A stretch of DNA of 64,000 nt from Haliotis cracherodii (Eukaryota), in the NCBI RefSeq assembly GCF_022045235.1, contig NW_027266343.1, forward strand, positions 51,336,001-51,400,000, given 5' to 3'. Under the pieces are notes generated by a model. It did not search any database. It had not been told where the DNA came from and saw nothing but the letters and a program-made list of their open reading frames with translations. This document shows, one piece after another, positions 42,909 through 58,856 of the stretch. Within the stretch, counting starts at the first letter, position 1. Each line of letters begins with the position of its first letter. A program made the translations under genes and the position numbers.

Positions 42909-43499
42909 ATGATGAAGATAGTCGCCGCTCTTGTTGCCTGCCTGGCTGTTACCGCCTTTGCCGAGCCTACCGGTCTGTATGGTGGAATTGGCGGGTTGAA
43001 AGGAGGACTGGGCGGAATTGGCTACGGAATGGGTGGATTGTACGGAGGCCTTGGAGGTCTGTACGGAGGCTATGGAGGTCTGTACGGAGGCATGGGAGGT
43101 CTATACGGAGGCGTGGGAGGTCTATACGGAGGCATGGGAGGTCTATACGGAGGCATGGGAGGTCTGTACGGAGGACTTGGAGGCTATGGTGGTCTCTACG
43201 GCGGAATTGGAGGATACGGAATGGGATTGGGAAAAGGTATTTCACAAAATATGATATCATTTGTTTATCGTATCCCACTTTCAGTCTCGTTTGCAAAATT
43301 ATATAACTTACCTATGTGGTATTATTATTTACGCGACAAAGCTGATGCCATTTACAAAACATCTTTAAAATTATTCTCTGCTTTCTCTAATATTTGGTTT
43401 AGCTTATCATGCAGCTAGTTTCAAGACTTCGTTGTGACTTATCCATATATCCCAACTTTATTCTACTATTTTTTTGTTTCAGGTATCGGCTATTATTGA
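42909..43499 (+). CDS. GGLYGGX-repeat secreted protein, copy 11; join(42909..43236,43483..43499), 114 aa
   Basis: Same protein as copy 1; splice sites intact. Confidence 0.92.
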
Positions 43500-46400
43500 G
43501 TTATTATCACCTGCAGTGTGATGCTGGCTATCTATGTATATTCGCAAACCAATGGAATTGGTTCAATAAAATCTTGTCATATTTATTTACGCCTTGAAAT
43601 TTGTTTGAGAACCTGAAAACTGAATTGAATGTTCACAAAGGAAGAGTGATCTATGTTTCTCCATATTGTAAACTCTGGACATAGTACGTGTTGTAGACCA
43701 ATATCCAAGCACTTAAATGATATTGCGTTTTACTTCAAGCTAAGATATCAACTACTGAAATGTGTATTAAGTTCCTGAGGAAACCGGACATGATGATAAG
43801 AGGAGGGATTTTATGCTTGATATATCTCCCACAAAATGTCACTTACCCGAGTTCATATTTCAGGGGAATGTATCATTTGGGCTGCCACGAAAGGGTTTGA
43901 TGGCCATTTGAAGTACCATAATATCTGGAATTGGCTGGCTGTATTTCAATTTGCATTTTAAAAACAAGCAGCGAAACAAATAAGCAGGAGTATCAATTTT
44001 GGTCAAAGCGTTCATTAACGGGATCAAGGGGTAGACAGTGTGCACTGTATTGAAATGCAAATGTGTGTGCTGGCCTTGAAAATGAGCGAAAGTTGTAGAA
44101 AGAATACAATCTACATGTTGTTATGGTGCTTTGTATAAATAATATCTGAGCTGCTGCAATGAAACAGCGAAAGCCATGGTGATGTAGAGCATCAAAACAA
44201 ATGTTGCAAGATTCTTACTGCTTTGGTTAGAAGGGAATGCATACAGTTGGAATTTCCATGACAGTAACATATCTTTACAGTTTATTAATAACACAAACAA
44301 AACGATTGAATTCAAAAGTAACTATTAAATACGCTTGTCCGGGTGTAGCTTATCAAACTACAAATTATTTGTAATTTCCGTCAAACATGTACTTCTTGGT
44401 TTGATGATGCAATTTAACATTTTGCATACTGCTTATGTAATTAATAGGAGAAGTATCTATATAGATATTTAGTTGTGTGTTTACTAACGACCTTCCCTGT
44501 AGGCGCTATTTGTAGAATACATATTGATTAAATCAGACCGCGAATTTTAAGATTCCGAACTGGATTGGTAGGATTGAAGATTACAATAAACAAACGAATA
44601 GCTAATATATCCCTTTTGTTTGATTACAACGCAAAAGTGACAATCATTTATCAATACAAAGGAGATAGCATTTGGTAACTGTAGAGAGTTATGTTTAGCT
44701 GAATAAATGGTCCAACTTTAAAGCTTGTCATAAGTCTTTATAACAACAACCAGACTGTAAAAACAAGTCGTTTGATCATGTCTATCTTTGAAAACACCTT
44801 TGTGTTATACTTTAAGAGCATTTTCTTCTGAAAACACACGTCTTTACTTTTAGATGTACGGTTTTTCTGGGAAACCCTTATACACTTACACATTGTCAAA
44901 CTGATTTGCGCGTGTTTTATTCTTGGTATGAGTTTTGGTTTAAACACGCCTTAAAAGAACACAGTCATCACTATCACTACTGCTTCATCATGTCAAGGGC
45001 ATACTTAAAGGGTAGAGGCGATTTATATACTTTCTTCTTTCTTCTAATGTTTAGAACCAAAGACTCACCCGAAGATTAAAACATGTTAAAGTGAGTTATT
45101 TGCAAGAGTGATTAAGTATATATGCAAATGTATGAATGGCTGAGACATTGTCAAAAGACAACATTCTCCCAATATGGCACACGATGGAACTGACGGAGGA
45201 GCTCATGAAACACCCAACAAATATATACAAATATAAACTATTCATTAACACCTGGTGACATCATTGATATTCAGTATATGTTTTAGTACAATCTTGCCTT
45301 TTACAACCAATGAAATCTGTTTCAGCAGATAATGGAGCCTGATTATTCTCCGGCGTTGACGATTTATGTAGTTAAAGGGTCATCATTGAATGATTATTAT
45401 ATCAATATTCAGGCGTTATCTATAGAAATTGAGATAACAAATTTAGTGATGCTCGTATTATTACAAATGCCTTGATAATGAAGTGTACAATTATCAAGAT
45501 GATATGTTGAAAATAAGAGAGTTCTCTCAAGAAACGCAGTTGCAAATAAAAGCCACATAACCCTTTTCAGAATCATTCGAAACCTCTGCTCGAAGCAAAG
45601 ACCATTGTACGATTTCGACTTTAATGATCACACGCATGTGCGTATGAAAGACTACCAGATAGTGATGATACCTGGCGGTTGCCAAAAAGTAAGCGTATCC
45701 TGCCCCAACGGTTCCTCCGTCACAAACACATACAAAGACAAGTCAACAAAGACGAGAAAACAAGCTGTTGTTCATATGTCAATCATGTTTTCAGAAGACA
45801 TTGGTGTACTCTAGGCTTTTAACAGATAATACACGCATAAAAAGGTGTGGTGAGTATTCATAGTGACAGTCCCTTTGTGAGAAGAAACCAATATATGTAC
45901 CTATCAGTCAGGAAATAAAGCTGTTGTAGTTTATTGTTATTGTACAGTAAGATAAATAAAATTCGGAGAGAATAATGTAGTATCTGGGGACTTCTTCAGT
46001 ATATTCAGCAGAAGCTATTTTCTTGTGAGCAGGCTTCTGTATTACACGAAAACGGTTAGCATAGTTGACCCCGTGTGGTACAGTGCTACTGCTGTACTGT
46101 GGTGGGGCTGTACTAGTGTGTTGCGTCAGTTTTCTGGTCTCTTGTTATGTCGTATCACACAGATGCATTATAATGTATGATGTATGTTGCTCCCTCATCA
46201 TACATATACTGGATACACACTTGTCAGACCGTTATCGAATATTTACTTGATATAGGTTAAACGTTGAGTATCGAGGACTGTTCGAATGCATTTAGACGAT
46301 GCCAGAGAGAGTGTGTCTGTTTGCCACCTTTATATACGTTGTCTTGTACTTCCTTAATCGATGTTCATGTATACCAGCTCGCATGTGTACCCGTAGGGTG

Positions 46401-46894
46401 ATAACCTCGGGCCCTTTGATGCGAAATGAATGCTTATTTTACACCATTAAACTGAGGTGCGTTACTTACCTGGAAGTGGCCAGCCCAAGGTAAATCAATC
46501 ACGTATAATTCACAAATGGTATATATAAAGGATGGGGGAAACTGTTCCATCATTTCTTATTTTCACCTGCCGTTCAGACACAGATACGAGTCAAGACCAA
46601 ACTGTAAGTACTATTTTAAGGTTTGCTTTTGATATATATGTATACTTTTAATGTTTGATTCATCTGCTGCCCATCAGGCTGTTTTCAATCTTTATGTTGA
46701 GCCAATTCATAAAAGTACAAATATGTAACATAAAACGTTCTTGTAGATTGGGAAATATATGAATGCAGGTGAAAGTAAAACTGATAACATAATTCACAAT
46801 GAGTGGTGTGAACTGAATTTACCAGATGAGTAACGATAACATGCTATTTCCCTTTCTTGACAACGATTTTCACGTTACTCAATAGATACTCAAA

Positions 46895-47486
46895 ATGATG
46901 AAGATAGTCGCCGCTCTTGTTGCCTGCCTGGCTGTTACCGCCTTTGCCGAGCCTACCGGTCTGTATGGTGGAATTGGCGGGTTGAAAGGAGGACTGGGCG
47001 GAATTGGCTACGGAATGGGTGGATTGTACGGAGGCCTTGGAGGTCTGTACGGAGGCTATGGAGGTCTGTACGGAGGCATGGGAGGTCTATACGGAGGCGT
47101 GGGAGGTCTATACGGAGGCATGGGAGGTCTATACGGAGGCATGGGAGGTCTGTACGGAGGACTTGGAGGCTATGGTGGTCTCTACGGCGGAATTGGAGGA
47201 TACGGAATGGGATTGGGAAAAGGTATTTCACAAAATATGATATCATTTGTTTATCGTATCCCACTTTCAGTCTCGTTTGCAAAATTATATAACTTACCTA
47301 TGGTGGTATTATTATTTACGCGACAAAGCTGATGCCATTTACAAAACATCTTTAAAATTATTCTCTGCTTTCTCTAATATTTGGTTTAGCTTATCATGCA
47401 GCTAGTTTCAAGACTTCGTTGTGACTTATCCATATATCCCAACTTTATTCTACTATTTTTTTGTTTCAGGTATCGGCTATTATTGA
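46895..47486 (+). CDS. GGLYGGX-repeat secreted protein, copy 12; join(46895..47222,47470..47486), 114 aa
   Basis: Same protein; the +1 G insertion is confined to intron 2. Confidence 0.92.
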
Positions 47487-50400
47487 TTTTTTATCACCTG
47501 CAGTGTGATGTTGGCTATCTATGTATATTCGCAAACCAATGGAATTGGTTCAATAAAATCTTGTCATATTTATTTACGCCTTGAAATTTGTTTGAGAACC
47601 TGAAAACTGAATTGAATGTTCACAATGGAAGAATGATCTATGTTTCTCCATATTGTAAACTCTGGACATAGTACGTGTTGTAGACCAATATCCAAGCACT
47701 TAAATGATATTGCGTTTTACTTCAAGTTAAGATATCAACTACTGAAATGTGTATTAAGTTCCTGAGGAAACCGGACATGATGATAAGAGGAGGGATTTTA
47801 TGCTTGATATATCTCCCACAAAATGTCACTTACCCGAGTTCATGTTTCAGGGGAATGTATCATTTGGGCTGCCACGAAAGGGTTTGATGGCCATTTGAAG
47901 TACCATAATATCTGGAATTGGCTGGCTGTATTTCAATTTGCATTTTAAAAACAAGCAGCGAAACAAATAAGCAGGAGTATCAATTTTGGTCAAAGCGTTC
48001 ATTAACGGGATCAAGGGGTAGACAGTGTGCACTGTATTGAAATGCAAATGTGTGTGCTGGCCTTGAAAATGAGCGAAAGTTGTAGAAAGAATACAATCTA
48101 CATGTTGTTATGGTGCTTTGTATAAATAATATCTGAGCTGCTGCAATGAAACAGCGAAAGCCATGGTGATGTAGAGCATCAAAACAAATGTTGCAAGATT
48201 CTTACTGCTTTGGTTAGAAGGGAATGCATACAGTTGGAATTTCCATGACAGTAACATATCTTTACAGTTTATTAATAACACAAACAAAACTATTGAATTC
48301 AAAAGTAACTATTAAATACGCTTGTCCGGGTGTAGCTTATCAAACTACAAATTATTTGTAATTTCCATCAAACATGTACTTCTTGGTTTGATGATGCAAT
48401 TTAACATTTTGCATACTGCTTATGTAATTAATAGGAGAAGTATCTATATAGATATTTAGTTGTGTGTTTACTAACGACCTTCCCTGTAGGCGCTATTTGT
48501 AGAATACATATTGATTAAATCAGACCGCGAATTTTAAGATTCCGAACTGGATTGGTAGGATTGAAGATTACAATAAACAAACGAATAGCTAATATATCCC
48601 TTTTGTTTGATTACAACGCAAAAGTGACAATCATTTATCAATACAAAGGAGATAGCATTTGGTAACTGTAGAGAGTTATGTTTAGCTGAATAAATGGTCC
48701 AACTTTAAAGCTTGTCATAAGTCTTTATAACAACAACCAGACTGTAAAAACAAGTCGTTTGATCATGTCTATCTTTGAAAACACCTTTGTGTTATACTTT
48801 AAGAGCATTTTCTTCTGAAAACACACGTCTTTACTTTTAGATGTACGTTTTTTCTGGGAAACCCTTATACACTTACACATTGTCAAACTGATTTGGGCGT
48901 GTTTTATTCTTGGTATGAGTTTTGGTTTAAACACGCCTTAAAAGAACACAGTCATCACTATCACTACTGCTTCATCATGTCAAGGGCATACTTAAAGGGT
49001 AGAGGCGATTTATATACTTTCTTCTTTCTTCTAATGTTTAGAACCAAAGACTCACCCGAAGATTAAAACATGTTAAAGTGAGTTATTTGCAACAGTGATT
49101 AAGTATATATGCAAATGTATGAATGGCTGAGACATTGTCAAAAGACAACATTCTCCCAAAATGGCACACGATGGAACTGACGGAGGAGCTCATGAAACAC
49201 CCAACAAATATATACAAATATAAACTATTCATTAACACCTGGTGACATCATTGATATTCAGTATATGTTTTAGTACAATCTTGCCTTTTACAACCAATGA
49301 AATCTGTTTCAGCAGATAATGGAGCCTGATTATTCTCCGGCGTTGACGATTTATGTAGTTAAAGGGTCATCATTGAATGATTATTATATCAATATTCAGG
49401 CGTTATCTATAGAAATTGAGATAACAAATTTAGTGATGCTCGTATTATTACAAATGCCTTGATAATGAAGTGTACAATTATCAAGATGATATGTTGAAAA
49501 TAAGAGAGTTCTCTCAAGAAACGCAGTTGCAAATAAAAGCCACATAACCCTTTTCAGAATCATTCGAAACCTCTGCTCGAAGCAAAGACCATTGTACGAT
49601 TTCGACTTTAATGATCACACGCATGTGCGTATGAAAGACTACCAGATAGTGATGATACCTGGCGGTTGCCAAAAAGTAAGCGTATCCTGCCCCAACGGTT
49701 CCTCCGTCACAAACACATACAAAGACAAGTCAACAAAGACGAGAAAACAAGCTGTTGTTCATATGTCAATCATGTTTTCAGAAGACATTGGTGTACTCTA
49801 GGCTTTTAACAGATAATACACGCATAAAAAGGTGTGGTGAGTATTCATAGTGACAGTCCCTTTGTGAGAAGAAACCAATATATGTACCTATCAGTCAGGA
49901 AATAAAGCTGTTGTAGTTTATTGTTATTGTACAGTAAGATAAATAAAATTCGGAGAGAATAATGTAGTATCTGGGGACTTCTGCAGTATATTCAGCAGAA
50001 GCTATTTTCTTGTGAGCAGGCTTCTGTATTACACGAAAACGGTTAGCATAGTTGACCCCGTGTGGTACAGTGCTACTGCTGTACTGTGGTGGGGCTGTAC
50101 TAGTGTGTTGCGTCAGTTTTCTGGTCTCTTGTTATGTCGTATCACACAGATGCATTATAATGTATGATGTATGTTGCTCCCTCATCATACATATACTGGA
50201 TACACACTTGTCAGACCGTTATCGAATATTTACTTGATATAGGTTAAACGTTGAGTATCGAGGACTGTTCGAATGCATTTAGACGATGCCAGAGAGAGTG
50301 TGTCTGTTTGCCACCTTTATATACGTTGTCTTGTACTTCCTTAATCGATGTTCATGTATACCAGCTCGCATGTGTACCCGTAGGGTGATAACCTCGGGCC

Positions 50401-50881
50401 CTTTGATGCGAAATGAATGCTTATTTTACACCATTAAACTGAGGTGCGTTACTTACCTGGAAGTGGCCAGCCCAAGGTAAATCAATCACGTATAATTCAC
50501 AAATGGTATATATAAAGGATGGGGGAAACTGTTCCATCATCTCTTATTTTCACCTGCCGTTCAGACACAGATACGAGTCAAGACCAAACTGTAAGTACTA
50601 TTTTAAGGTTTGCTTTTGATATATATGTATACTTTTAATGTTTGATTCATCTGCTGCCCATCTGGCTGTTTTCAATCTTTATGTTGAGCCAATTCATAAA
50701 AGTACAAATATGTAACATAAAACGTTCTTGTAGATTGGGAAATATATGAATGCAGGTGAAAGTAAAACTGATAACATAATTCACAATGAGTGGTGTGAAC
50801 TGAATTTACCAGATGAGTAACGATAACATGCTATTTCCCTTTCTTGACAACGATTTTCACGTTACTCAATAGATACTCAAA

Positions 50882-51473
50882 ATGATGAAGATAGTCGCCG
50901 CTCTTGTTGCCTGCCTGGCTGTTACCGCCTTTGCCGAGCCTACCGGTCTGTATGGTGGAATTGGCGGGTTGAAAGGAGGACTGGGCGGAATTGGCTACGG
51001 AATGGGTGGATTGTACGGAGGCCTTGGAGGTCTGTACGGAGGCTATGGAGGTCTGTACGGAGGCATGGGAGGTCTATACGGAGGCGTGGGAGGTCTATAC
51101 GGAGGCATGGGAGGTCTATACGGAGGCATGGGAGGTCTGTACGGAGGACTTGGAGGCTATGGTGGTCTCTACGGCGGAATTGGAGGATACGGAATGGGAT
51201 TGGGAAAAGGTATTTCACAAAATATGATATCATTTGTTTATCGTATCCCACTTTCAGTCTCGTTTGCAAAATTATATAACTTACCTATGGTGGTATTATT
51301 ATTTACGCGACAAAGCTGATGACATTTACAAAACATCTTTAAAATTATTCTCTGCTTTCTCTAATATTTGGTTTAGCTTATCATGCAGCTAGTTTCAAGA
51401 CTTCGTTGTGACTTATCCATATATCCCAACTTTATTCTACTATTTTTTTGTTTCAGGTATCGGCTATTATTGA
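50882..51473 (+). CDS. GGLYGGX-repeat secreted protein, copy 13; join(50882..51209,51457..51473), 114 aa
   Basis: Same protein; +1 G in intron 2. Confidence 0.92.
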
Positions 51474-54400
51474 TTTTTTATCACCTGCAGTGTGATGTTG
51501 GCTATCTATGTATATTCGCAAACCAATGGAATTGGTTCAATAAAATCTTGTCATATTTATTTACGCCTTGAAATTTGTTTGAGAACCTGAAAACTGAATT
51601 GAATGTTCACAATGGAAGAATGATCTATGTTTCTCCATATTGTAAACTCTGGACATAGTACGTGTTGTAGACCAATATCCAAGCACTTAAATGATATTGC
51701 GTTTTACTTCAAGTTAAGATATCAACTACTGAAATGTGTATTAAGTTCCTGAGGAAACCGGACATGATGATAAGAGGAGGGATTTTATGCTTGATATATC
51801 TCCCACAAAATGTCACTTACCCGAGTTCATGTTTCAGGGGAATGTATCATTTGGGCTGCCACGAAAGGGTTTGATGGCCATTTGAAGTACCATAATATCT
51901 GGAATTGGCTGGCTGTATTTCAATTTGCATTTTAAAAACAAGCAGCGAAACAAATAAGCAGGAGTATCAATTTTGGTCAAAGCGTTCATTAACGGGATCA
52001 AGGGGTAGACAGTGTGCACTGTATTGAAATGCAAATGTGTGTGCTGGCCTTGAAAATGAGCGAAAGTTGTAGAAAGAATACAATCTACATGTTGTTATGG
52101 TGCTTTGTATAAATAATATCTGAGCTGCTGCAATGAAACAGCGAAAGCCATGGTGATGTAGAGCATCAAAACAAATGTTGCAAGATTCTTACTGCTTTGG
52201 TTAGAAGGGAATGCATACAGTTGGAATTTCCATGACAGTAACATATCTTTACAGTTTATTAATAACACAAACAAAACTATTGAATTCAAAAGTAACTATT
52301 AAATACGCTTGTCCGGGTGTAGCTTATCAAACTACAAATTATTTGTAATTTCCATCAAACATGTACTTCTTGGTTTGATGATGCAATTTAACATTTTGCA
52401 TACTGCTTATGTAATTAATAGGAGAAGTATCTATATAGATATTTAGTTGTGTGTTTACTAACGACCTTCCCTGTAGGCGCTATTTGTAGAATACATATTG
52501 ATTAAATCAGACCGCGAATTTTAAGATTCCGAACTGGATTGGTAGGATTGAAGATTACAATAAACAAACGAATAGCTAATATATCCCTTTTGTTTGATTA
52601 CAACGCAAAAGTGACAATCATTTATCAATACAAAGGAGATAGCATTTGGTAACTGTAGAGAGTTATGTTTAGCTGAATAAATGGTCCAACTTTAAAGCTT
52701 GTCATAAGTCTTTATAACAACAACCAGACTGTAAAAACAAGTCGTTTGATCATGTCTATCTTTGAAAACACCTTTGTGTTATACTTTAAGAGCATTTTCT
52801 TCTGAAAACACACGTCTTTACTTTTAGATGTACGTTTTTTCTGGGAAACCCTTATACACTTACACATTGTCAAACTGATTTGGGCGTGTTTTATTCTTGG
52901 TATGAGTTTTGGTTTAAACACGCCTTAAAAGAACACAGTCATCACTATCACTACTGCTTCATCATGTCAAGGGCATACTTAAAGGGTAGAGGCGATTTAT
53001 ATACTTTCTTCTTTCTTCTAATGTTTAGAACCAAAGACTCACCCGAAGATTAAAACATGTTAAAGTGAGTTATTTGCAACAGTGATTAAGTATATATGCA
53101 AATGTATGAATGGCTGAGACATTGTCAAAAGACAACATTCTCCCAAAATGGCACACGATGGAACTGACGGAGGAGCTCATGAAACACCCAACAAATATAT
53201 ACAAATATAAACTATTCATTAACACCTGGTGACATCATTGATATTCAGTATATGTTTTAGTACAATCTTGCCTTTTACAACCAATGAAATCTGTTTCAGC
53301 AGATAATGGAGCCTGATTATTCTCCGGCGTTGACGATTTATGTAGTTAAAGGGTCATCATTGAATGATTATTATATCAATATTCAGGCGTTATCTATAGA
53401 AATTGAGATAACAAATTTAGTGATGCTCGTATTATTACAAATGCCTTGATAATGAAGTGTACAACTATCAAGATGATATGTTGAAAATAAGAGAGTTCTC
53501 TCAAGAAACGCAGTTGCAAATAAAAGCCACATAACCCTTTTCAGAATCATTCGAAACCTCTGCTCGAAGCAAAGACCATTGTACGATTTCGACTTTAATG
53601 ATCACACGCATGTGCGTATGAAAGACTACCAGATAGTGATGATACCTGGCGGTTGCCAAAAAGTAAGCGTATCCTGCCCCAACGGTTCCTCCGTCACAAA
53701 CACATACAAAGACAAGTCAACAAAGACGAGAAAACAAGCTGTTGTTCATATGTCAATCATGTTTTCAGAAGACATTGGTGTACTCTAGGCTTTTAACAGA
53801 TAATACACGCATAAAAAGGTGTGGTGAGTATTCATAGTGACAGTCCCTTTGTGAGAAGAAACCAATATATGTACCTATCAGTCAGGAAATAAAGCTGTTG
53901 TAGTTTATTGTTATTGTACAGTAAGATAAATAAAATTCGGAGAGAATAATGTAGTATCTGGGGACTTCTGCAGTATATTCAGCAGAAGCTATTTTCTTGT
54001 GAGCAGGCTTCTGTATTACACGAAAACGGTTAGCATAGTTGACCCCGTGTGGTACAGTGCTACTGCTGTACTGTGGTGGGGCTGTACTAGTGTGTTGCGT
54101 CAGTTTTCTGGTCTCTTGTTATGTCGTATCACACAGATGCATTATAATGTATGATGTATGTTGCTCCCTCATCATACATATACTGGATACACACTTGTCA
54201 GACCGTTATCGAATATTTACTTGATATAGGTTAAACGTTGAGTATCGAGGACTGTTCGAATGCATTTAGACGATGCCAGAGAGAGTGTGTCTGTTTGCCA
54301 CCTTTATATACGTTGTCTTGTACTTCCTTAATCGATGTTCATGTATACCAGCTCGCATGTGTACCCGTAGGGTGATAACCTCGGGCCCTTTGATGCGAAA

Positions 54401-54868
54401 TGAATGCTTATTTTACACCATTAAACTGAGGTGCGTTACTTACCTGGAAGTGGCCAGCCCAAGGTAAATCAATCACGTATAATTCACAAATGGTATATAT
54501 AAAGGATGGGGGAAACTGTTCCATCATCTCTTATTTTCACCTGCCGTTCAGACACAGATACGAGTCAAGACCAAACTGTAAGTACTATTTTAAGGTTTGC
54601 TTTTGATATATATGTATACTTTTAATGTTTGATTCATCTGCTGCCCATCTGGCTGTTTTCAATCTTTATGTTGAGCCAATTCATAAAAGTACAAATATGT
54701 AACATAAAACGTTCTTGTAGATTGGGAAATATATGAATGCAGGTGAAAGTAAAACTGATAACATAATTCACAATGAGTGGTGTGAACTGAATTTACCAGA
54801 TGAGTAACGATAACATGCTATTTCCCTTTCTTGACAACGATTTTCACGTTACTCAATAGATACTCAAA

Positions 54869-55460
54869 ATGATGAAGATAGTCGCCGCTCTTGTTGCCTG
54901 CCTGGCTGTTACCGCCTTTGCCGAGCCTACCGGTCTGTATGGTGGAATTGGCGGGTTGAAAGGAGGACTGGGCGGAATTGGCTACGGAATGGGTGGATTG
55001 TACGGAGGCCTTGGAGGTCTGTACGGAGGCTATGGAGGTCTGTACGGAGGCATGGGAGGTCTATACGGAGGCGTGGGAGGTCTATACGGAGGCATGGGAG
55101 GTCTATACGGAGGCATGGGAGGTCTGTACGGAGGACTTGGAGGCTATGGTGGTCTCTACGGCGGAATTGGAGGATACGGAATGGGATTGGGAAAAGGTAT
55201 TTCACAAAATATGATATCATTTGTTTATCGTATCCCACTTTCAGTCTCGTTTGCAAAATTATATAACTTACCTATGGTGGTATTATTATTTACGCGACAA
55301 AGCTGATGACATTTACAAAACATCTTTAAAATTATTCTCTGCTTTCTCTAATATTTGGTTTAGCTTATCATGCAGCTAGTTTCAAGACTTCGTTGTGACT
55401 TATCCATATATCCCAACTTTATTCTACTATTTTTTTGTTTCAGGTATCGGCTATTATTGA
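54869..55460 (+). CDS. GGLYGGX-repeat secreted protein, copy 14; join(54869..55196,55444..55460), 114 aa
   Basis: Same protein; +1 G in intron 2. Confidence 0.92.
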
Positions 55461-58400
55461 TTTTTTATCACCTGCAGTGTGATGTTGGCTATCTATGTAT
55501 ATTCGCAAACCAATGGAATTGGTTCAATAAAATCTTGTCATATTTATTTACGCCTTGAAATTTGTTTGAGAACCTGAAAACTGAATTGAATGTTCACAAT
55601 GGAAGAATGATCTATGTTTCTCCATATTGTAAACTCTGGACATAGTACGTGTTGTAGACCAATATCCAAGCACTTAAATGATATTGCGTTTTACTTCAAG
55701 TTAAGATATCAACTACTGAAATGTGTATTAAGTTCCTGAGGAAACCGGACATGATGATAAGAGGAGGGATTTTATGCTTGATATATCTCCCACAAAATGT
55801 CACTTACCCGAGTTCATGTTTCAGGGGAATGTATCATTTGGGCTGCCACGAAAGGGTTTGATGGCCATTTGAAGTACCATAATATCTGGAATTGGCTGGC
55901 TGTATTTCAATTTGCATTTTAAAAACAAGCAGCGAAACAAATAAGCAGGAGTATCAATTTTGGTCAAAGCGTTCATTAACGGGATCAAGGGGTAGACAGT
56001 GTGCACTGTATTGAAATGCAAATGTGTGTGCTGGCCTTGAAAATGAGCGAAAGTTGTAGAAAGAATACAATCTACATGTTGTTATGGTGCTTTGTATAAA
56101 TAATATCTGAGCTGCTGCAATGAAACAGCGAAAGCCATGGTGATGTAGAGCATCAAAACAAATGTTGCAAGATTCTTACTGCTTTGGTTAGAAGGGAATG
56201 CATACAGTTGGAATTTCCATGACAGTAACATATCTTTACAGTTTATTAATAACACAAACAAAACTATTGAATTCAAAAGTAACTATTAAATACGCTTGTC
56301 CGGGTGTAGCTTATCAAACTACAAATTATTTGTAATTTCCATCAAACATGTACTTCTTGGTTTGATGATGCAATTTAACATTTTGCATACTGCTTATGTA
56401 ATTAATAGGAGAAGTATCTATATAGATATTTAGTTGTGTGTTTACTAACGACCTTCCCTGTAGGCGCTATTTGTAGAATACATATTGATTAAATCAGACC
56501 GCGAATTTTAAGATTCCGAACTGGATTGGTAGGATTGAAGATTACAATAAACAAACGAATAGCTAATATATCCCTTTTGTTTGATTACAACGCAAAAGTG
56601 ACAATCATTTATCAATACAAAGGAGATAGCATTTGGTAACTGTAGAGAGTTATGTTTAGCTGAATAAATGGTCCAACTTTAAAGCTTGTCATAAGTCTTT
56701 ATAACAACAACCAGACTGTAAAAACAAGTCGTTTGATCATGTCTATCTTTGAAAACACCTTTGTGTTATACTTTAAGAGCATTTTCTTCTGAAAACACAC
56801 GTCTTTACTTTTAGATGTACGTTTTTTCTGGGAAACCCTTATACACTTACACATTGTCAAACTGATTTGGGCGTGTTTTATTCTTGGTATGAGTTTTGGT
56901 TTAAACACGCCTTAAAAGAACACAGTCATCACTATCACTACTGCTTCATCATGTCAAGGGCATACTTAAAGGGTAGAGGCGATTTATATACTTTCTTCTT
57001 TCTTCTAATGTTTAGAACCAAAGACTCACCCGAAGATTAAAACATGTTAAAGTGAGTTATTTGCAACAGTGATTAAGTATATATGCAAATGTATGAATGG
57101 CTGAGACATTGTCAAAAGACAACATTCTCCCAAAATGGCACACGATGGAACTGACGGAGGAGCTCATGAAACACCCAACAAATATATACAAATATAAACT
57201 ATTCATTAACACCTGGTGACATCATTGATATTCAGTATATGTTTTAGTACAATCTTGCCTTTTACAACCAATGAAATCTGTTTCAGCAGATAATGGAGCC
57301 TGATTTTTCTCTGGCCTTGACGATTTATGTAGTTAAAGGGTCATCATTGAATGATTATTATATCAATATTCAGGCGTTATCTATAGAAATTGAGATAACA
57401 AATTTAGTGATGCTCGTATTATTACAAATGCCTTGATAATGAAGTGTACAATTATCAAGATGATATGTTGAAAATAAGAGAGTTCTCTCAAGAAACGCAG
57501 TTGCAAATAAAAGCCACATAACCCTTTTCAGAATCATTCGAAACCTCTGCTCGAAGCAAAGACCATTGTACGATTTCGACTTTAATGATCACACGCATGT
57601 GCGTATGAAAGACTACCAGATAGTGATGATACCTGGCGGTTGCCAAAAAGTAAGCGTATCCTGCCCCAACGGTTCCTCCGTCACAAACACATACAGAGAC
57701 AAGTCAACAAAGACGAGAAAACAAGCTGTTGTTCATATGTCAATCATGTTTTCAGAAGACATTGGTGTACTTTAGGCTTTTAACAGATAGTACACGCATA
57801 AAAAGGTGTGGTGAGTATTCATAGTGACAGTCCCTTTGTGAGAAGAAACCAATATATGTACCTGTCAGTCAGGAAATAAAGCTGTTGTAGTTTATTGTTA
57901 TTGTACAGTAAGATAAATAAAATTCGGAGAGAATAATGTAGTATCTGGGGACTTCTGCAGTATATTCAGCAGAAGCTATTTTCTTGTGAGCAGGCTGCTG
58001 TATTACACGAAAACGGTTAGCATAGTTGACCCCGTGTGGTACAGTGCTACTGCTGTACTGTGGTGGGGCTGTACTAGTGTGTTGCGTCAGTTTTCTGGTC
58101 TCTTGTTATGTCGTATCACACAGATGCATTATAATGTATGATGTATGTTGCTCCCTCATCATATATTTACTGGATACACCCTTGTCAGACCGTTATCGAA
58201 TATTTACTTGATATAGGTTAAACGTTGAGTATCGAGGACTGTTTGAAATGCAGTTAGACGATGCCAGAGAGAGTGTGTCTGTTTGCCACCTTTATATACG
58301 TTGTCTTGTACTTCCTTAATCGATGTTCATGTATACCAGCTCGCATGTGTACCCGTAGGGTGATATACTCGGGCCCTTTGATGCGAAATGAATGCTTACT

Positions 58401-58856
58401 TTACACCATTAAACTGAGGTGCGTTACTTACCTGGAAGTGGCCAGCCCAAGGTAAATCAATCACGTATAATTCACAAATGGTATATATAAAGGATGGGGG
58501 AAACTGTTCCATCATCTCTTATTTTTACCTGCCGTTGAGACAGATACGAGTCAAGACCAAACTGTAAGTACTATTTAAAGGTTTGCTTGTGATATATATA
58601 TGTATACTTTTAATGTTTGATTCATCTGCTGAGCATCTGGCTGTTTTCAATCTTTATGTTGAGCCAATTCATAAAAGTACGAATATGTAACATAAAACGT
58701 TCTTGTAGATTGGGAAATATATGAATGCAGGTGAAAGTAAAACTGATAACATAATTCACAATGAGTGGTGTGAACTGAATTTACCAGATGAGTAACGATA
58801 ACATGCTATTTCCCTTTCTTGACAACGATTTTCACGTTACTCAATAGATACTCAAA

